A DNA stretch of 57,205 nt from NCBI GenBank assembly GCA_023150835.1, contig JAKLKB010000058.1, positions 1-57,205 of the forward strand, read 5' to 3'. Position numbers and translations under genes: made by a program. The DNA comes from Myxococcota bacterium (GTDB lineage: Bacteria > Myxococcota_C > UBA6777). The notes below the pieces were generated by a model. That model was not told the DNA's origin. It searched no databases and worked only from the letters and a program-made list of their open reading frames with translations. Positions 42,169 to 52,804 of the stretch are shown here, in pieces (position 1 is the first letter of the stretch; each line of letters begins with the position of its first letter).

Positions 42169-44472
42169 ATGAAGATAGGCCGGATCTTACCGCCCGAGAT
42201 GGCGGCACTCCAAGAGGAGATCGAAGGATACGCCCGAGGTTACGGGCTGGACTTCTTTCCGCAGATCTTTGAAGTCCTTGATTACGATCAGATCAACCAA
42301 GTCGCGGCGTATGGTGGGTTTCCGATTCGTTATCCGCACTGGCGCTTTGGGATGGATTACGAACGTCTCTCGAAAGGCTACGAATACGGGTTGCAAAAGA
42401 TCTATGAGATGGTGATCAACAACAACCCTTGTTATGCCTATCTGCTCGAATCCAACTCGTATGTCGATCAAAAGATCGTGATGGCGCATGTGTACGCACA
42501 CAACGACTTTTTCAAAAACAACGAGTACTTCAAACACACCAACCGCCGTATGATCGACGAGATGGCGAACCACGCGATCCGTGTTCGGCGCTATATGGAT
42601 CGCTATGGCATCGAAGAAGTCGAGACGTTCATCGATATATGTCTGTCACTCGACAACTTGATCGACTATTATTCCCCATACTTCGAGGATATGAAACTCG
42701 AAGACGACGAAGATGAACCTTTTCAAGCGCAAGAGACGCCGAAGTTTCGGGTTGAAAAAGAGTATATGCAAGACTACATCAACCCCGAATGGTTTTTGGA
42801 AGAGCAACGGCGCAAGATGCAAAAAGAAAAAGAGGCGCGCCGTCGTTTTCCGCGTCGTGCGGTCAAAGACGTGCTGTGGTTTTTGCGCAATTATGCTCCG
42901 TTGACCAACTGGCAACGCGATGTTTTGGGGATGATCCGCGAAGAAGCGTATTATTTTGCACCGCAAGGGCAGACCAAGATCCTCAACGAAGGTTGGGCGT
43001 GTTTGCGTGCGGATTCGTTGGTGTATACCGAAAAAGGCTTGATCACGATGGCGGAGATGGTGGAAGGCGCGGCAGGATGGGTGTTTGATGGAGAGACTCC
43101 CCGCAAAGTCTACGATCGAAACGTCTTGAGGCAACACCCCACCGTCGAGGTCCAAACGCGCCGTGGTTTGGTGCTTTGTGGCTCGAACAACCATCGCGTG
43201 CTGTTGGCGGATGGCGAGACATGGAAGCGCTTGGATGCCTTGGTGGTGGGCGACAAAGTCAAGCTCAGCGGTGGGCAGGGGTTCGGGCCACGCGAAGAAC
43301 AAGCGATGGGGACGACAAGCGCACAGGCGTTGATCGAAGGTATCTCGGACTTTGGTTTGTTGCGGACCGTCCCCAAATCGCTGTTGCGTGCGCCGATGGC
43401 GGCTGCTCGGCTGTTTCTGCGCGCCTTGTTCGAGAGCCAAAGCGATGTCGGGCCACAAGGGATCCGTTTGCGCGCTTCAAGCGAGCGCTTGGCACAACAA
43501 GTACAGCTTTTGTTGATGAATGATTCGATCTTGAGTTCTCGCGGTATCCTCGATGGTAGCGCCACGTTGACGATATCGGGTCACTCCGCCAAGCAATTTG
43601 CCGAACGCATCGGCTTTTTGCAGCCACGTCATCGCGCTGCGTTAGAAGCCTATCTGCTGGAGACCTCGTTTACAAACCAAGAAGAATGGGCCGATGAAGT
43701 CGCGGTGATCAAAACAGGGTGCGACGATGTGTACGATATCTCTGTCACACAAACCCATCGCTACGCTGCACAGGGGTTGATCAACCACAACTCGTACTGG
43801 CACTCGACGATCATGACGCAAAAAGCAGCCAAAGACAGCGAGATCGTGGACTTTGCGATCGCTCACTCGGGCGTTGTTGCCACCAGCCGCGAACAATTAA
43901 ACCCCTACAAACTGGGGCTTGAACTGCTGCGCGATATCGAGGACCGTTGGAACAAAGGCCGTTTTGGAAAAGAATACGATCTGTGCGACGATATGCGCAC
44001 ACGCTCTTCATGGGATCGCAAACTCGGCCTCGGACGAGAAAAGATCTTTCAAGTGCGAAAGATCTACAACGACGTCAACTTTATCGACGAGTTTTTGACG
44101 CGAGAATTTTGCGAACAACACAACTTGTTTGGCTTTGATTATAACCGAAGCACCGGGCGTTATGAGATCTCGACCCGTGACTTCAAACAGATCAAAGAAA
44201 AGCTGTTGTTTCAACTCACCAACTTCGGTCAGCCGTTTATCTACATCCTCGATGCCAACTTTGAAAATCGCGCTGAGCTGTTGTTGGGCCACCGCCACGA
44301 AGGTGTCGATCTGCGGTTGGATTATGCCAAGGCTGTGTTGGAAAACATCCACAAGTTATGGAAGCGCCCAACCCACGTTTCGACGCGCATGGACAACAAA
44401 GGACGCTTGTTGTCCTTTGACGGCAAAGAGCATCATGTGCGAGAATTCGAGTATGTTCCTTTTAAGGGTTAA
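42169..44472 (+). CDS. spoVR: SpoVR/YcgB family protein, intein-containing
   Basis: GFPIRYPHWRFG, IYEMVINNNP, AHVYAHNDFFKNN, YFAPQGQTKILNEGWA|SYWH, NPYKLG. Confidence 0.93.
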   Translation: MKIGRILPPEMAALQEEIEGYARGYGLDFFPQIFEVLDYDQINQVAAYGGFPIRYPHWRFGMDYERLSKGYEYGLQKIYEMVINNNPCYAYLLESNSYVDQKIVMAHVYAHNDFFKNNEYFKHTNRRMIDEMANHAIRVRRYMDRYGIEEVETFIDICLSLDNLIDYYSPYFEDMKLEDDEDEPFQAQETPKFRVEKEYMQDYINPEWFLEEQRRKMQKEKEARRRFPRRAVKDVLWFLRNYAPLTNWQRDVLGMIREEAYYFAPQGQTKILNEGWACLRADSLVYTEKGLITMAEMVEGAAGWVFDGETPRKVYDRNVLRQHPTVEVQTRRGLVLCGSNNHRVLLADGETWKRLDALVVGDKVKLSGGQGFGPREEQAMGTTSAQALIEGISDFGLLRTVPKSLLRAPMAAARLFLRALFESQSDVGPQGIRLRASSERLAQQVQLLLMNDSILSSRGILDGSATLTISGHSAKQFAERIGFLQPRHRAALEAYLLETSFTNQEEWADEVAVIKTGCDDVYDISVTQTHRYAAQGLINHNSYWHSTIMTQKAAKDSEIVDFAIAHSGVVATSREQLNPYKLGLELLRDIEDRWNKGRFGKEYDLCDDMRTRSSWDRKLGLGREKIFQVRKIYNDVNFIDEFLTREFCEQHNLFGFDYNRSTGRYEISTRDFKQIKEKLLFQLTNFGQPFIYILDANFENRAELLLGHRHEGVDLRLDYAKAVLENIHKLWKRPTHVSTRMDNKGRLLSFDGKEHHVREFEYVPFKG
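43000..43791 (+). other. Intein (264 aa) in SpoVR with a truncated homing-endonuclease remnant
   Basis: Starts CLRADSLVYT, block B GSNNHRVL, FLRALFESQS (decayed LAGLIDADG), VYDISV..THRY, ends NHN followed by Ser; removal restores NEGWASYWH. Confidence 0.92.
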
Positions 44473-44589
44473 AAGCACGTCGCTTTTCGAGGACCGAAAG
44501 GCGCGTTGCCTTTTTTTGCACGAAGGCTTGGAGCGATCGCGGTCTTGGGTCCGCAGGCAGTTCACAAGCCATCACACGGAGACACGCCG

Positions 44590-45996
44590 TTGAGCGAGCA
44601 CGACAAAGGCTATCAACAGCCGCCCCCCCCTCCCCCCGGCGCACCCGTCACACAGGCGATGCGGGTCGAAGATCTTTCGGAGATCTACACCTTCAACAAA
44701 TATCGCCTGCACGTTCTCGAAGGCCCCGACAAAGGCAAAGAAGTGATCGCCGAACGCCGCGTGATCACCATCGGCAGCGCGCATGATGGCGATCTGGTTT
44801 TGGATGACGCGACCGTGTCGCGCCGTCATTGCCGCATCGTCTTTGATGGAGGAAGCTACATCCTTGAAGACTTTGGCAGCAAAAACGGCACCTACCTCGA
44901 ATCTTATCGGATCAAGGCGGCTTTTTTGCGACCGGGTGTGCGGATCGGCTTGGGAAGTACAACGATCTTGTTTGATTTGATCGTCGGCGAACAAGTCAAT
45001 GTCTACCTCAGCCGAGGCGACCGCTTCGGCGAGTTGTACGGTCGCAGCTTGGAGATGAAAGAAGTTTTTGGGGTGCTGCAACGTGTCGCCCCCACCGATG
45101 CAACGGTGTTGATCACAGGCGAAAGCGGCACAGGAAAAGAATTGGCCGCTCGTGCGGTACATGATCATAGCCCACGTGCCAATAAACCATTTTTGGTGTT
45201 CGATTGTTCGGCTGTTCCGCGTGAATTGATCGAAAGCGAGTTGTTTGGGCATGTCAAAGGGGCCTTTACAGGGGCCGTTCAAAGTCGGCCCGGGGCATTT
45301 GTCGCTGCCAACGGTGGCACCTTGTTTCTTGATGAACTCGGTGAACTTCCGTTGGATCTGCAACCCAAGCTGCTGCGGGTGTTGGAAACACGCGAAGTCA
45401 AACCTCTCGGAAGCAACGACACCACGCACATCGATGTCCGAATTGTCGCAGCCACCAACCGTCCTCTCGAACAGATGGTCCAAGATGGAAACTTTCGCCA
45501 AGACTTGTATTATCGGCTCGCTGTGATCCAAGTCCCCTTGCCACCGCTTCGTCATCGTCCCGAAGATATCCCGTTTTTGGTCGACCTGTTTTTGCGAAAG
45601 CAAGGCAAAGAAGGCCCGGGGTATGTGGTCTCCCACGAAACGATGGAAAAATTGAAGAACTATCCTTGGCCGGGCAACGTACGCGAACTCAAGAATTATG
45701 TCGAACGTGCGATGATCTTGTCGACAGGCCGTGAGATCGACGCTTCTTTGTTGCCTACAGGCCCGGGCGGTTTGTTGGCCTCGCAAAAACCTACCGCGAC
45801 ATCAGAACATGTCATCGATCTGGATGTACCCTTCAAGTTCGCCAAGGAACAGCTTGTGGATCGCTTTGAACGAGACTACCTCATGGCGGCTTTGCAAGAG
45901 GATGGATGGAATATCACACAAGCCGCACAGCGCATCGGTATCCATCGCAAATCGTTAGAATACCTGATGAAGAAGCACAACATCCGAAAGCCATAA
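44590..45996 (+). CDS. FHA-domain sigma-54 enhancer-binding protein
   Basis: FHA IGS...VSRRH...[40 protein letters not shown]; Fis-type HTH; probable TTG start. Confidence 0.93.
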   Translation: MSEHDKGYQQPPPPPPGAPVTQAMRVEDLSEIYTFNKYRLHVLEGPDKGKEVIAERRVITIGSAHDGDLVLDDATVSRRHCRIVFDGGSYILEDFGSKNGTYLESYRIKAAFLRPGVRIGLGSTTILFDLIVGEQVNVYLSRGDRFGELYGRSLEMKEVFGVLQRVAPTDATVLITGESGTGKELAARAVHDHSPRANKPFLVFDCSAVPRELIESELFGHVKGAFTGAVQSRPGAFVAANGGTLFLDELGELPLDLQPKLLRVLETREVKPLGSNDTTHIDVRIVAATNRPLEQMVQDGNFRQDLYYRLAVIQVPLPPLRHRPEDIPFLVDLFLRKQGKEGPGYVVSHETMEKLKNYPWPGNVRELKNYVERAMILSTGREIDASLLPTGPGGLLASQKPTATSEHVIDLDVPFKFAKEQLVDRFERDYLMAALQEDGWNITQAAQRIGIHRKSLEYLMKKHNIRKP

Positions 45997-46038
45997 GAAG
46001 TACAACATCCGAAAGCCTTGACGTTTGCAGGAGCTCGT

Positions 46039-46620
46039 ATGCGTTCGATCTCGTGGTTGTCTCTGTTTAAGTTCGTCGCGCTTTGCTCGTTTCTGGCCGC
46101 TGGCGGGCTGTTTGCACACTCTTGTACGCTGACCTCTCGGGCCTGCCGAGACAATGTGGTCTGCATGATCCGTGAACTCGGCGAAAAACTCAGCGACGCA
46201 AGCGATGCTGTCACACAAGTGACGGTCTACGGCTATAAGTGCGTGGATCTGCTGTGCAAAAGTAGCTGCGTAAGCGATGTGGATTGTGACGCCGAGCAAG
46301 GCTACAAGTGCGACACCACCACCAACAAAAGCGGTCTGTGTCGCTGCGATGTCAGCGATCTCAAAAAGCCTTGCCATTCACAATGCTTTACCGCAGAAGA
46401 ATGCCATGCGCGGGTCGATCCAAACACCAAGAAGCCCTTGTATCCGAAAGAAGCGGGGTGGACTTGTCAAACCAATGCCACCAATCCCAACGTCCCGGGC
46501 TTATGTATCAACGCCAATGAGCCTGTCGCTGAAGCCACCGTAGAAGCAGCACCATCGGAAACAATCGAAGAAGCAGGTTCCTCCGAAGAACCTCAAACCG
46601 AAGCAAGCCAAGACGACTGA
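46039..46620 (+). CDS. Secreted Cys-rich hypothetical protein with an acidic tail
   Basis: GGAG RBS, signal-like N-terminus, C..D.DC repeats. Confidence 0.65.
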   Translation: MRSISWLSLFKFVALCSFLAAGGLFAHSCTLTSRACRDNVVCMIRELGEKLSDASDAVTQVTVYGYKCVDLLCKSSCVSDVDCDAEQGYKCDTTTNKSGLCRCDVSDLKKPCHSQCFTAEECHARVDPNTKKPLYPKEAGWTCQTNATNPNVPGLCINANEPVAEATVEAAPSETIEEAGSSEEPQTEASQDD

Positions 46621-46728
46621 TCCTTTTCGATGCCCCGCCCCTGCGCTCCTTTCGCATCCTGTGCTACTGCTTTCTACCCACTCACCTGTTTTGCTTCTCA
46701 CAACCAAAAAACCGATGTATAGGCGAAC

Positions 46729-48501
46729 ATGAAAGAGATTCAAGGCAACACGACGGGTCTAAAACCCAGTCAGCGAAAGCGTTTGGAAACGTTGTTTCGC
46801 CGAAAACTCCCGAGCCAGACGATGGCTCCCACACATTTTTTGCGTGCGTTGACCGAGGTTTCCCGCGAGATCGAGCGTCAAATCGGAGTGCTGGTGGATC
46901 GCAAAGGTCAGATCGAGATGGTGATCGTGGGAGACGCCAACAAGATCTTTATCCCGACGCTTGAGCGCCAACGCGAAGGGACGGGGCGTTTTCGTGGTCT
47001 TCGTTTGATCCACACGCACCTTTACAACGAACCCCTCTCCAAAGACGACCTCAACGACCTCACCGTCTTGCGGCTTGATCTGATCATGGCCGTTGGTGCG
47101 GGGGAAGACGGTTTACCCCAAGACGTCTTTTACGCCCACCTCTTGCCCGAAAACCAAGAAAGCAAGTTGTGGCGCGTCGAAGGGCCTGTGTCGGCGTTCT
47201 CTTTGGAAGAGATCGACTTTGTCGAATGGATTCGTTCGTTGGAAGAGGAGTTTGCGCGTGTGGCGAGTGTGGCGAGCGAGGTGCGTGTTGGAAACCGCGC
47301 TTTGTTGGTGGGAGTGTATCCACCCGCCCAACAAGACGTTGATGCGCGCATGGATGAGCTTCACGAACTGGCCCGATCTGCGGGGTTGTATGTGATGACG
47401 CGAGTCATCCAACGCCGCGATGAACCCGATCCGCGCTATCTTTTGGGACAAGGTAAAGTCGAAGCTGTGATCTTGCGCTCGATGCAGCTTGGGGCGGATC
47501 TGTTGGTTTTTGACAGCGATCTCACACCCACACAATCACGCAATATCGGCGAGATGACCGACCTCAAGATCCTTGATCGAACACAGCTGATCTTGGATAT
47601 CTTTGCACAACACGCCCATTCACGCGATGGAAAGATCCAAGTCGAACTCGCACAGCTCAAGTATCTGTTGCCTCGCCTCAACCGAATGAATACGGCGATG
47701 AGCCGCTTGACGGGTGGCATCGGAGGACGTGGACCCGGCGAGACCAAACTGGAGATCAATCGCCGCCGTGCCCGCGAACGCATCAGCCGCTTGGAAACCT
47801 TGTTGTCTCAAGTCGCCCAACGACGCCAGCTTCGGCGCAGTCGGCGTTTGCGCAGCCAAGTCCCGATCGTTTCGGTGGTGGGGTACACCAACGCTGGAAA
47901 GTCCACGCTCGTCAATACCCTGACGCACAGCGATGTCTACGTCGAAGATAAGCTGTTCTCGACGCTTGATCCCGTCAGTCGCCGTCTGCGCTTGGCCCAG
48001 AATCACGAACGCGAACTGATCTTGACCGACACCGTCGGATTTATCCGTGATCTTCCAGAAGAACTGGTGGCAGCTTTCCACGCAACACTCGAAGAGTCCG
48101 CCGATGCAGACTTGTTGCTGCACGTTGTGGATGCTCATGACCCCGCTGTCGACGAGCATATCCATGCTGTTGAGCGCATCCTCGAACAATTGGAACTTCA
48201 CGAGATCCCGCGACTTTGTTTGCTCAACAAAGTCGACTTGATCAGCGATCCTGCTGAAATCGAGCGATTGTGTCGCCTCTATGATGCACTGCCTATCTGC
48301 GCTCAAGATCCCCATGCTCTCCTCCCGCTGCTCGCCACGTTAGAGTTACAAATTTGGCAAGCCTCGCAAGGAGAACCTCCTCCCATCCAACCCTTTTTGT
48401 TTCCTGTGACAATCACGCCTTCTTCCACAGAAGAGGAAGTTCTCGATCCCGATCAATCCGCCGCCAACGAAGACGAGCGCCCCTTCTCCTCGCACGATTA
48501 A
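46729..48501 (+). CDS. hflX: GTPase HflX (long N-terminal form)
   Basis: ILDIFAQHA, GRGPGETKLE, GYTNAGKS, LFSTLD, DTVGF, NKVD. Confidence 0.95.
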   Translation: MKEIQGNTTGLKPSQRKRLETLFRRKLPSQTMAPTHFLRALTEVSREIERQIGVLVDRKGQIEMVIVGDANKIFIPTLERQREGTGRFRGLRLIHTHLYNEPLSKDDLNDLTVLRLDLIMAVGAGEDGLPQDVFYAHLLPENQESKLWRVEGPVSAFSLEEIDFVEWIRSLEEEFARVASVASEVRVGNRALLVGVYPPAQQDVDARMDELHELARSAGLYVMTRVIQRRDEPDPRYLLGQGKVEAVILRSMQLGADLLVFDSDLTPTQSRNIGEMTDLKILDRTQLILDIFAQHAHSRDGKIQVELAQLKYLLPRLNRMNTAMSRLTGGIGGRGPGETKLEINRRRARERISRLETLLSQVAQRRQLRRSRRLRSQVPIVSVVGYTNAGKSTLVNTLTHSDVYVEDKLFSTLDPVSRRLRLAQNHERELILTDTVGFIRDLPEELVAAFHATLEESADADLLLHVVDAHDPAVDEHIHAVERILEQLELHEIPRLCLLNKVDLISDPAEIERLCRLYDALPICAQDPHALLPLLATLELQIWQASQGEPPPIQPFLFPVTITPSSTEEEVLDPDQSAANEDERPFSSHD

Positions 48502-48591
48502 AGCCGCCAACTTGACTTTTTGTCGCGTGTTTCTTTATTGTGGCGAGGTAGACTAAGCCAAGCAAGGGCTTCTTCCTGTGGAGTATTCACT

Positions 48592-49788
48592 ATGCGTCGA
48601 TTCGGTCTTGTTTTCTTTATGCTTTGTTGTGCTGTAGCTCCCCTTTTCCCTGTGTTTGCGCAAAATAACCCCCCGCCACCCCCTCCCGGTGCAGGAGCGG
48701 ATACGGATGCGGCAGACAAAAAAGAAGATGCGAAACCCAAACAAGACGGTGGTTCGGGATCCTCGGGCGATAGCCTCACAGTTGACCCCCGCGCCACATG
48801 GAGCAATGCTCCCCGTTCTTATATCGTCCAGCCCGGAGATACCTTGTGGGAGATCTCGCGGCGCTTTCTTGGGAGTCCTTGGTTTTGGCCGAAGCTGTGG
48901 TCCAAAAACCCACAGATCCAAAACCCGCACTGGATCTTCCCGGGAAACCGCGTGAGCTTTGGTGAGGGAGCCGCAGAACCCACCCAACCCGAACAAAAAG
49001 ACAAAGATATGGCCGATATCTCCCGCGCCTCCGACAAAGACAAACTGGGCAGCGGCGATGTCTCTTTTTCGGGGGATGCTTTGGCCGTCGGCGATATCGG
49101 TCTCCCCGATGTATTGATCGAACGCCGCGAAAGTTTTGTGGACGCCAAAGATCTCCAAGAAAGCGGTGTGCTCCTACGCGGAATCGATGCGCGCTCTTTG
49201 CACGCCGAAGGCGACAAGATCTATATGAGCTTTCGCAATATCAAAAACGTCCGTGCAGGCGAGCGTTACACCATCTACCAAAAGATGAGTTCTGTGCATG
49301 ATCCTGAAAAAGGCGGCCTTGTGGGCTATATGATCCGCATACACGGCACCGTCAAGATCTCCGAACGCAACAAGGAAGAAGCCGCCGGCACCATCACCAA
49401 AGCTTTTTCCGAGATCCAAAAAGGGATGCTCGTCGGCCCGTACATCGATCACCAAATACGCGTCAAGATCCGCCGCAACGAAGCCCTGATCAAAGGGCAT
49501 GTGATCCGTGCCACCAACAACGTCACGTTGATCGGCCAGTTCTTTCAAGCTTTTGTGAATCGTGGCAGTCGACATGGCGTACGCAAAGGCAACACCTTTC
49601 AACTGTTTGCGCGTGGGGGTGGTTTGCGGGATCAGATGTCGATCAGCGCACGCCAGCGCTTTACTCGCCAACCCATCGGAAAAGCCGTCGTGATCGATGT
49701 TCGCAAAGATAGCTCTGTCGCTGCGGTGATCCAAAGCGCCACCGAGATCTATTCGGGCGATGAAGCGGAAACCACCCTGTCCAATTAA
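48592..49788 (+). CDS. LysM peptidoglycan-binding protein (TsaP-like)
   Basis: Signal peptide; YIVQPGDTLWEISRRFLGSPWFWPKLW..NPQIQNPHWIFPG; C-terminal NRGSRHGVRKGN. Confidence 0.82.
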   Translation: MRRFGLVFFMLCCAVAPLFPVFAQNNPPPPPPGAGADTDAADKKEDAKPKQDGGSGSSGDSLTVDPRATWSNAPRSYIVQPGDTLWEISRRFLGSPWFWPKLWSKNPQIQNPHWIFPGNRVSFGEGAAEPTQPEQKDKDMADISRASDKDKLGSGDVSFSGDALAVGDIGLPDVLIERRESFVDAKDLQESGVLLRGIDARSLHAEGDKIYMSFRNIKNVRAGERYTIYQKMSSVHDPEKGGLVGYMIRIHGTVKISERNKEEAAGTITKAFSEIQKGMLVGPYIDHQIRVKIRRNEALIKGHVIRATNNVTLIGQFFQAFVNRGSRHGVRKGNTFQLFARGGGLRDQMSISARQRFTRQPIGKAVVIDVRKDSSVAAVIQSATEIYSGDEAETTLSN

Positions 49789-50014
49789 CCAACCAAGTGG
49801 CTCCTTCGGGCGTGTTCGATAGAACACCTTCTGTCTCTTTCGGTGTGATCGTTTCCTGCCTCTCGTTCCCAGATGCGCCCCCGATGTCTCGCTGCTTTTC
49901 TCCCACCCCCATTTCTTCCGCACAAGCCTTTTTTCTTGCGAGAGCCCTTGCCACATTGAGACGGCTTCTTCGCCTGACGCAGGCTCGTTTTTCCTCAATA
50001 CAAAGGAGGCTTTT

Positions 50015-52216
50015 GTGTCCACGACCATCGGTAAGGTGCTTCACCAGACCTACCGCTTAGACAAAGCGCTTAGCGAGGGAGGGATGGGGCAGGTCTTTGT
50101 GGCTTCCCATCTGCGCGTTCATAACCGACAGTACGCCGTCAAGCGCTTGCGCCCAGAACTGGCTGCTTCGGAGCGATTCTTGGCGCGCTTTCGGATCGAA
50201 GCCCAAGCCATGATGGCTCTCGAACATCCCAACATCGTTCGGATCGAAGACTTTCTTGTTGACGAACACACGTACTACCTCGTGATGGAGTACATACGTG
50301 GCCGTCCACTCGACGAGATCATCTTCTTCCAAAAACGCCTATCTCCCGCACAGGTCGCCAGCATCGCGATCCAGATGCTCGACGCCTTGGAATGTTGCCA
50401 CGCACAGCACATCATCCATCGCGATCTCAAGCCCTCCAACGTCCTCGTCGAAGAAAGCGGACGCATCAAGCTCACCGACTTTGGTATCGCTCTGCAAGAA
50501 GATCTCACCAGTCGACTCACCAACACAGGCACCTTGCTCGGCACCCCCGATTATATGAGCCCTGAACAGATCACCTCCAAAGAGATGGACGGACGCAGCG
50601 ACCTGTACTCCCTTGGGATCATGTTGTACGAGATGCTCACAGGACGCTTGCCTTTCTTGCGCACCCAAGAGAGCGAAGGCTCTTATGTGATCCTGTTCGC
50701 CCACGTCCACACCGAACCTCCGCCCATCCAAGACGCGACACTCCCTGCTTTTTTGGTCGAAGCCACCCTGCGCTGTTTGAAAAAGCACCCCGATCAGCGC
50801 TTTCTTGATGCCGCCCAGATGCGCCAGTTTTTGCTCCAACACCTTCCCTCCGAAGCGTGGCTCCACACCCGCGAAACCAAAGAAGAAGTCTCTTCGCTCG
50901 CAAAAGGTATCCCAAACCTCTACGATACCCAAGGCAAACCCGCTTCTCCTGCTTCTGCCGCCTTGCTCAAAGCCGCTCCCTCCTCGCCTTTCCAACCCAT
51001 CACCCCACCCCAACAGTCGCAGCCCTCACTTCGGCCTGCGGATCGCCCACCACAAACCTCTCCCTCCTCTGCCGATCCTCTCCCTTCTACCGCTGCTTTT
51101 GATCGAGAAAACAAACGCCACACACAGCGGCCCTCTGTCCAATACAACGCTCCTACCGCGCTCTCCTCTTCCTTGCCGACTGGACAGCCTCTTGCCAAGC
51201 ACTTCTCTTCGTTCGCCTCCCCCCCCTCTCCGCCCCAAAACAAACGCCGCTTTGTTTCGTCTCTATTTCGCTTCCTGCTGTTGCTTGCGATCCTTGGCGG
51301 TGGATGGTGGTATTACCTCGATGGACCCGATAATTCCATCTTCCCTTTCTTTCAAACAACGCCTCTTCTTTCGACCTTTTCTGATCGCCCTTCCGAACCC
51401 GTCGGTCGCCCTTCTCCTACCCGCATCACCGAACCGACTCTCCGCCGTCTTGCCGCTCCTGAACCACACCCCCGACAGCGTGTGGAAATCCCCCAAAGAC
51501 GGGACGTTCCGCAACCTCGGCAGCGCATCGAAGTTCCGCAACCACAGCAGCGCATCGACGTTCCGCAACCACAGCAGCGCATCGACGTTCCGCCGCGACG
51601 GGAAGAACCGCAACCCCGACAGCGTATCGAGATCCCGCAACCGAGAGAGCGTGTCGAGATCCCGCAGCGACGGGAAGAACCGCAACCCCGACAGCGTATC
51701 GAGATCCCGCAACCGAGAGAGCGTGTCGAGATCCCGCAACGACGGGAAGAACCACAACCCCGACAGCGCGTGGAAGTTCCGAAACCGAGAGAGCGTATCG
51801 AGATCCCGCAGCGACGGGAAGAACCACGATCCCGACAGCGTATCGAGATCCCGCGACCCCGACAGCGTATCGAGATCCCGCAACCACAGCAGCGCATCGA
51901 AGTTCCGCAGCGACGGGAAGAGCCGCAACCACGTCAACGTGTCGAGATCCCGCAGCGACGGGAAGAACCAAAACCACCGATCGATCCACTCGAAGCGCGC
52001 AAGCGGGCCTTGTTGCGCAGTATTACATGGCCGCAACGAGTTCCCGAGCTTTGCCAAGAATTTCTGGATACGTGCTTGTTGAGTTGTTTTGATCGCCGCA
52101 AACGTAATGCGCCGAGAGAGTCGGTGAAACGGCGGTTGGTGTTATGCAAGAAAGAGTGTTGGCGTTTGCGGAAGGCACACCCAGAAGTCCGCGAGATGTG
52201 CGGACTCTCTGAATAG
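50015..52216 (+). CDS. Membrane Ser/Thr (Hanks) protein kinase with an extracellular Q/R/E/P repeat stalk
   Basis: GGMGQV, AVK, HRDLKPSN, DFG, GTPDYMSPEQ, DLYSLG; TM FLLLLAILGGGWWYY; repeats at ~51460-51985. Confidence 0.92.
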   Translation: MSTTIGKVLHQTYRLDKALSEGGMGQVFVASHLRVHNRQYAVKRLRPELAASERFLARFRIEAQAMMALEHPNIVRIEDFLVDEHTYYLVMEYIRGRPLDEIIFFQKRLSPAQVASIAIQMLDALECCHAQHIIHRDLKPSNVLVEESGRIKLTDFGIALQEDLTSRLTNTGTLLGTPDYMSPEQITSKEMDGRSDLYSLGIMLYEMLTGRLPFLRTQESEGSYVILFAHVHTEPPPIQDATLPAFLVEATLRCLKKHPDQRFLDAAQMRQFLLQHLPSEAWLHTRETKEEVSSLAKGIPNLYDTQGKPASPASAALLKAAPSSPFQPITPPQQSQPSLRPADRPPQTSPSSADPLPSTAAFDRENKRHTQRPSVQYNAPTALSSSLPTGQPLAKHFSSFASPPSPPQNKRRFVSSLFRFLLLLAILGGGWWYYLDGPDNSIFPFFQTTPLLSTFSDRPSEPVGRPSPTRITEPTLRRLAAPEPHPRQRVEIPQRRDVPQPRQRIEVPQPQQRIDVPQPQQRIDVPPRREEPQPRQRIEIPQPRERVEIPQRREEPQPRQRIEIPQPRERVEIPQRREEPQPRQRVEVPKPRERIEIPQRREEPRSRQRIEIPRPRQRIEIPQPQQRIEVPQRREEPQPRQRVEIPQRREEPKPPIDPLEARKRALLRSITWPQRVPELCQEFLDTCLLSCFDRRKRNAPRESVKRRLVLCKKECWRLRKAHPEVREMCGLSE

Positions 52217-52337
52217 CGGTCGTTCGGTTATTTTCGTGTGTCTTGTGGGTGTATTGTGAGCGTGTTTTGAGGGGAGTGGGTGGCGGGTCGATTTGTTTTC
52301 TTGAACAACGGCGAGTTTTCACTTAGTCTGGCGTGGG

Positions 52338-52521
52338 TTAGACGAGATCCGCCCGTTGTGCGATCGTAAAGATGTAGGGGCAGACCCCTGTGTCTGCCCG
52401 ATCATAGGAAGAATTACAATCGCGCATCGAAGAGATGTATCCTTGGCAGACCCCTGTGTCTACCCGATCATAGGGCGTCTACGTACTCTCCTTTGCTGTG
52501 TACGTCACTTGGATATCGTAT
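52338..52521. repeat. Module R copy with an internally duplicated REP
   Basis: gtaggggcagacccctgtgtctgcccgatcatagg repeated as ggcagacccctgtgtctacccgatcatagg; ends ggatatcgtat. Confidence 0.8.
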
Positions 52522-52804
52522 TCGGCCCATCCGAGGGCGTGCTGTGGGGTGAAACTCCACCTAAACCATCCAACCGTGTCATTCGGATGTGATTTGAGTG
52601 ACGACTTGCCCGTATACTTCTTTGGCTGGGCGGATCAAGAAAAAGCTTTGTTTTTTGGGGGTTCAAAAATTGAACGAAACAGTGTGAACGAGGCAAGGTT
52701 TCGTGTGAGAGCTCGGTTTTGTATGTTTGGTGCTTGCGTTGTACGCAAACCAACCAAACCGTGCAAGGTCGCAGGTTTGGGTAGGCACGAGATGGAGGAA
52801 GAGT

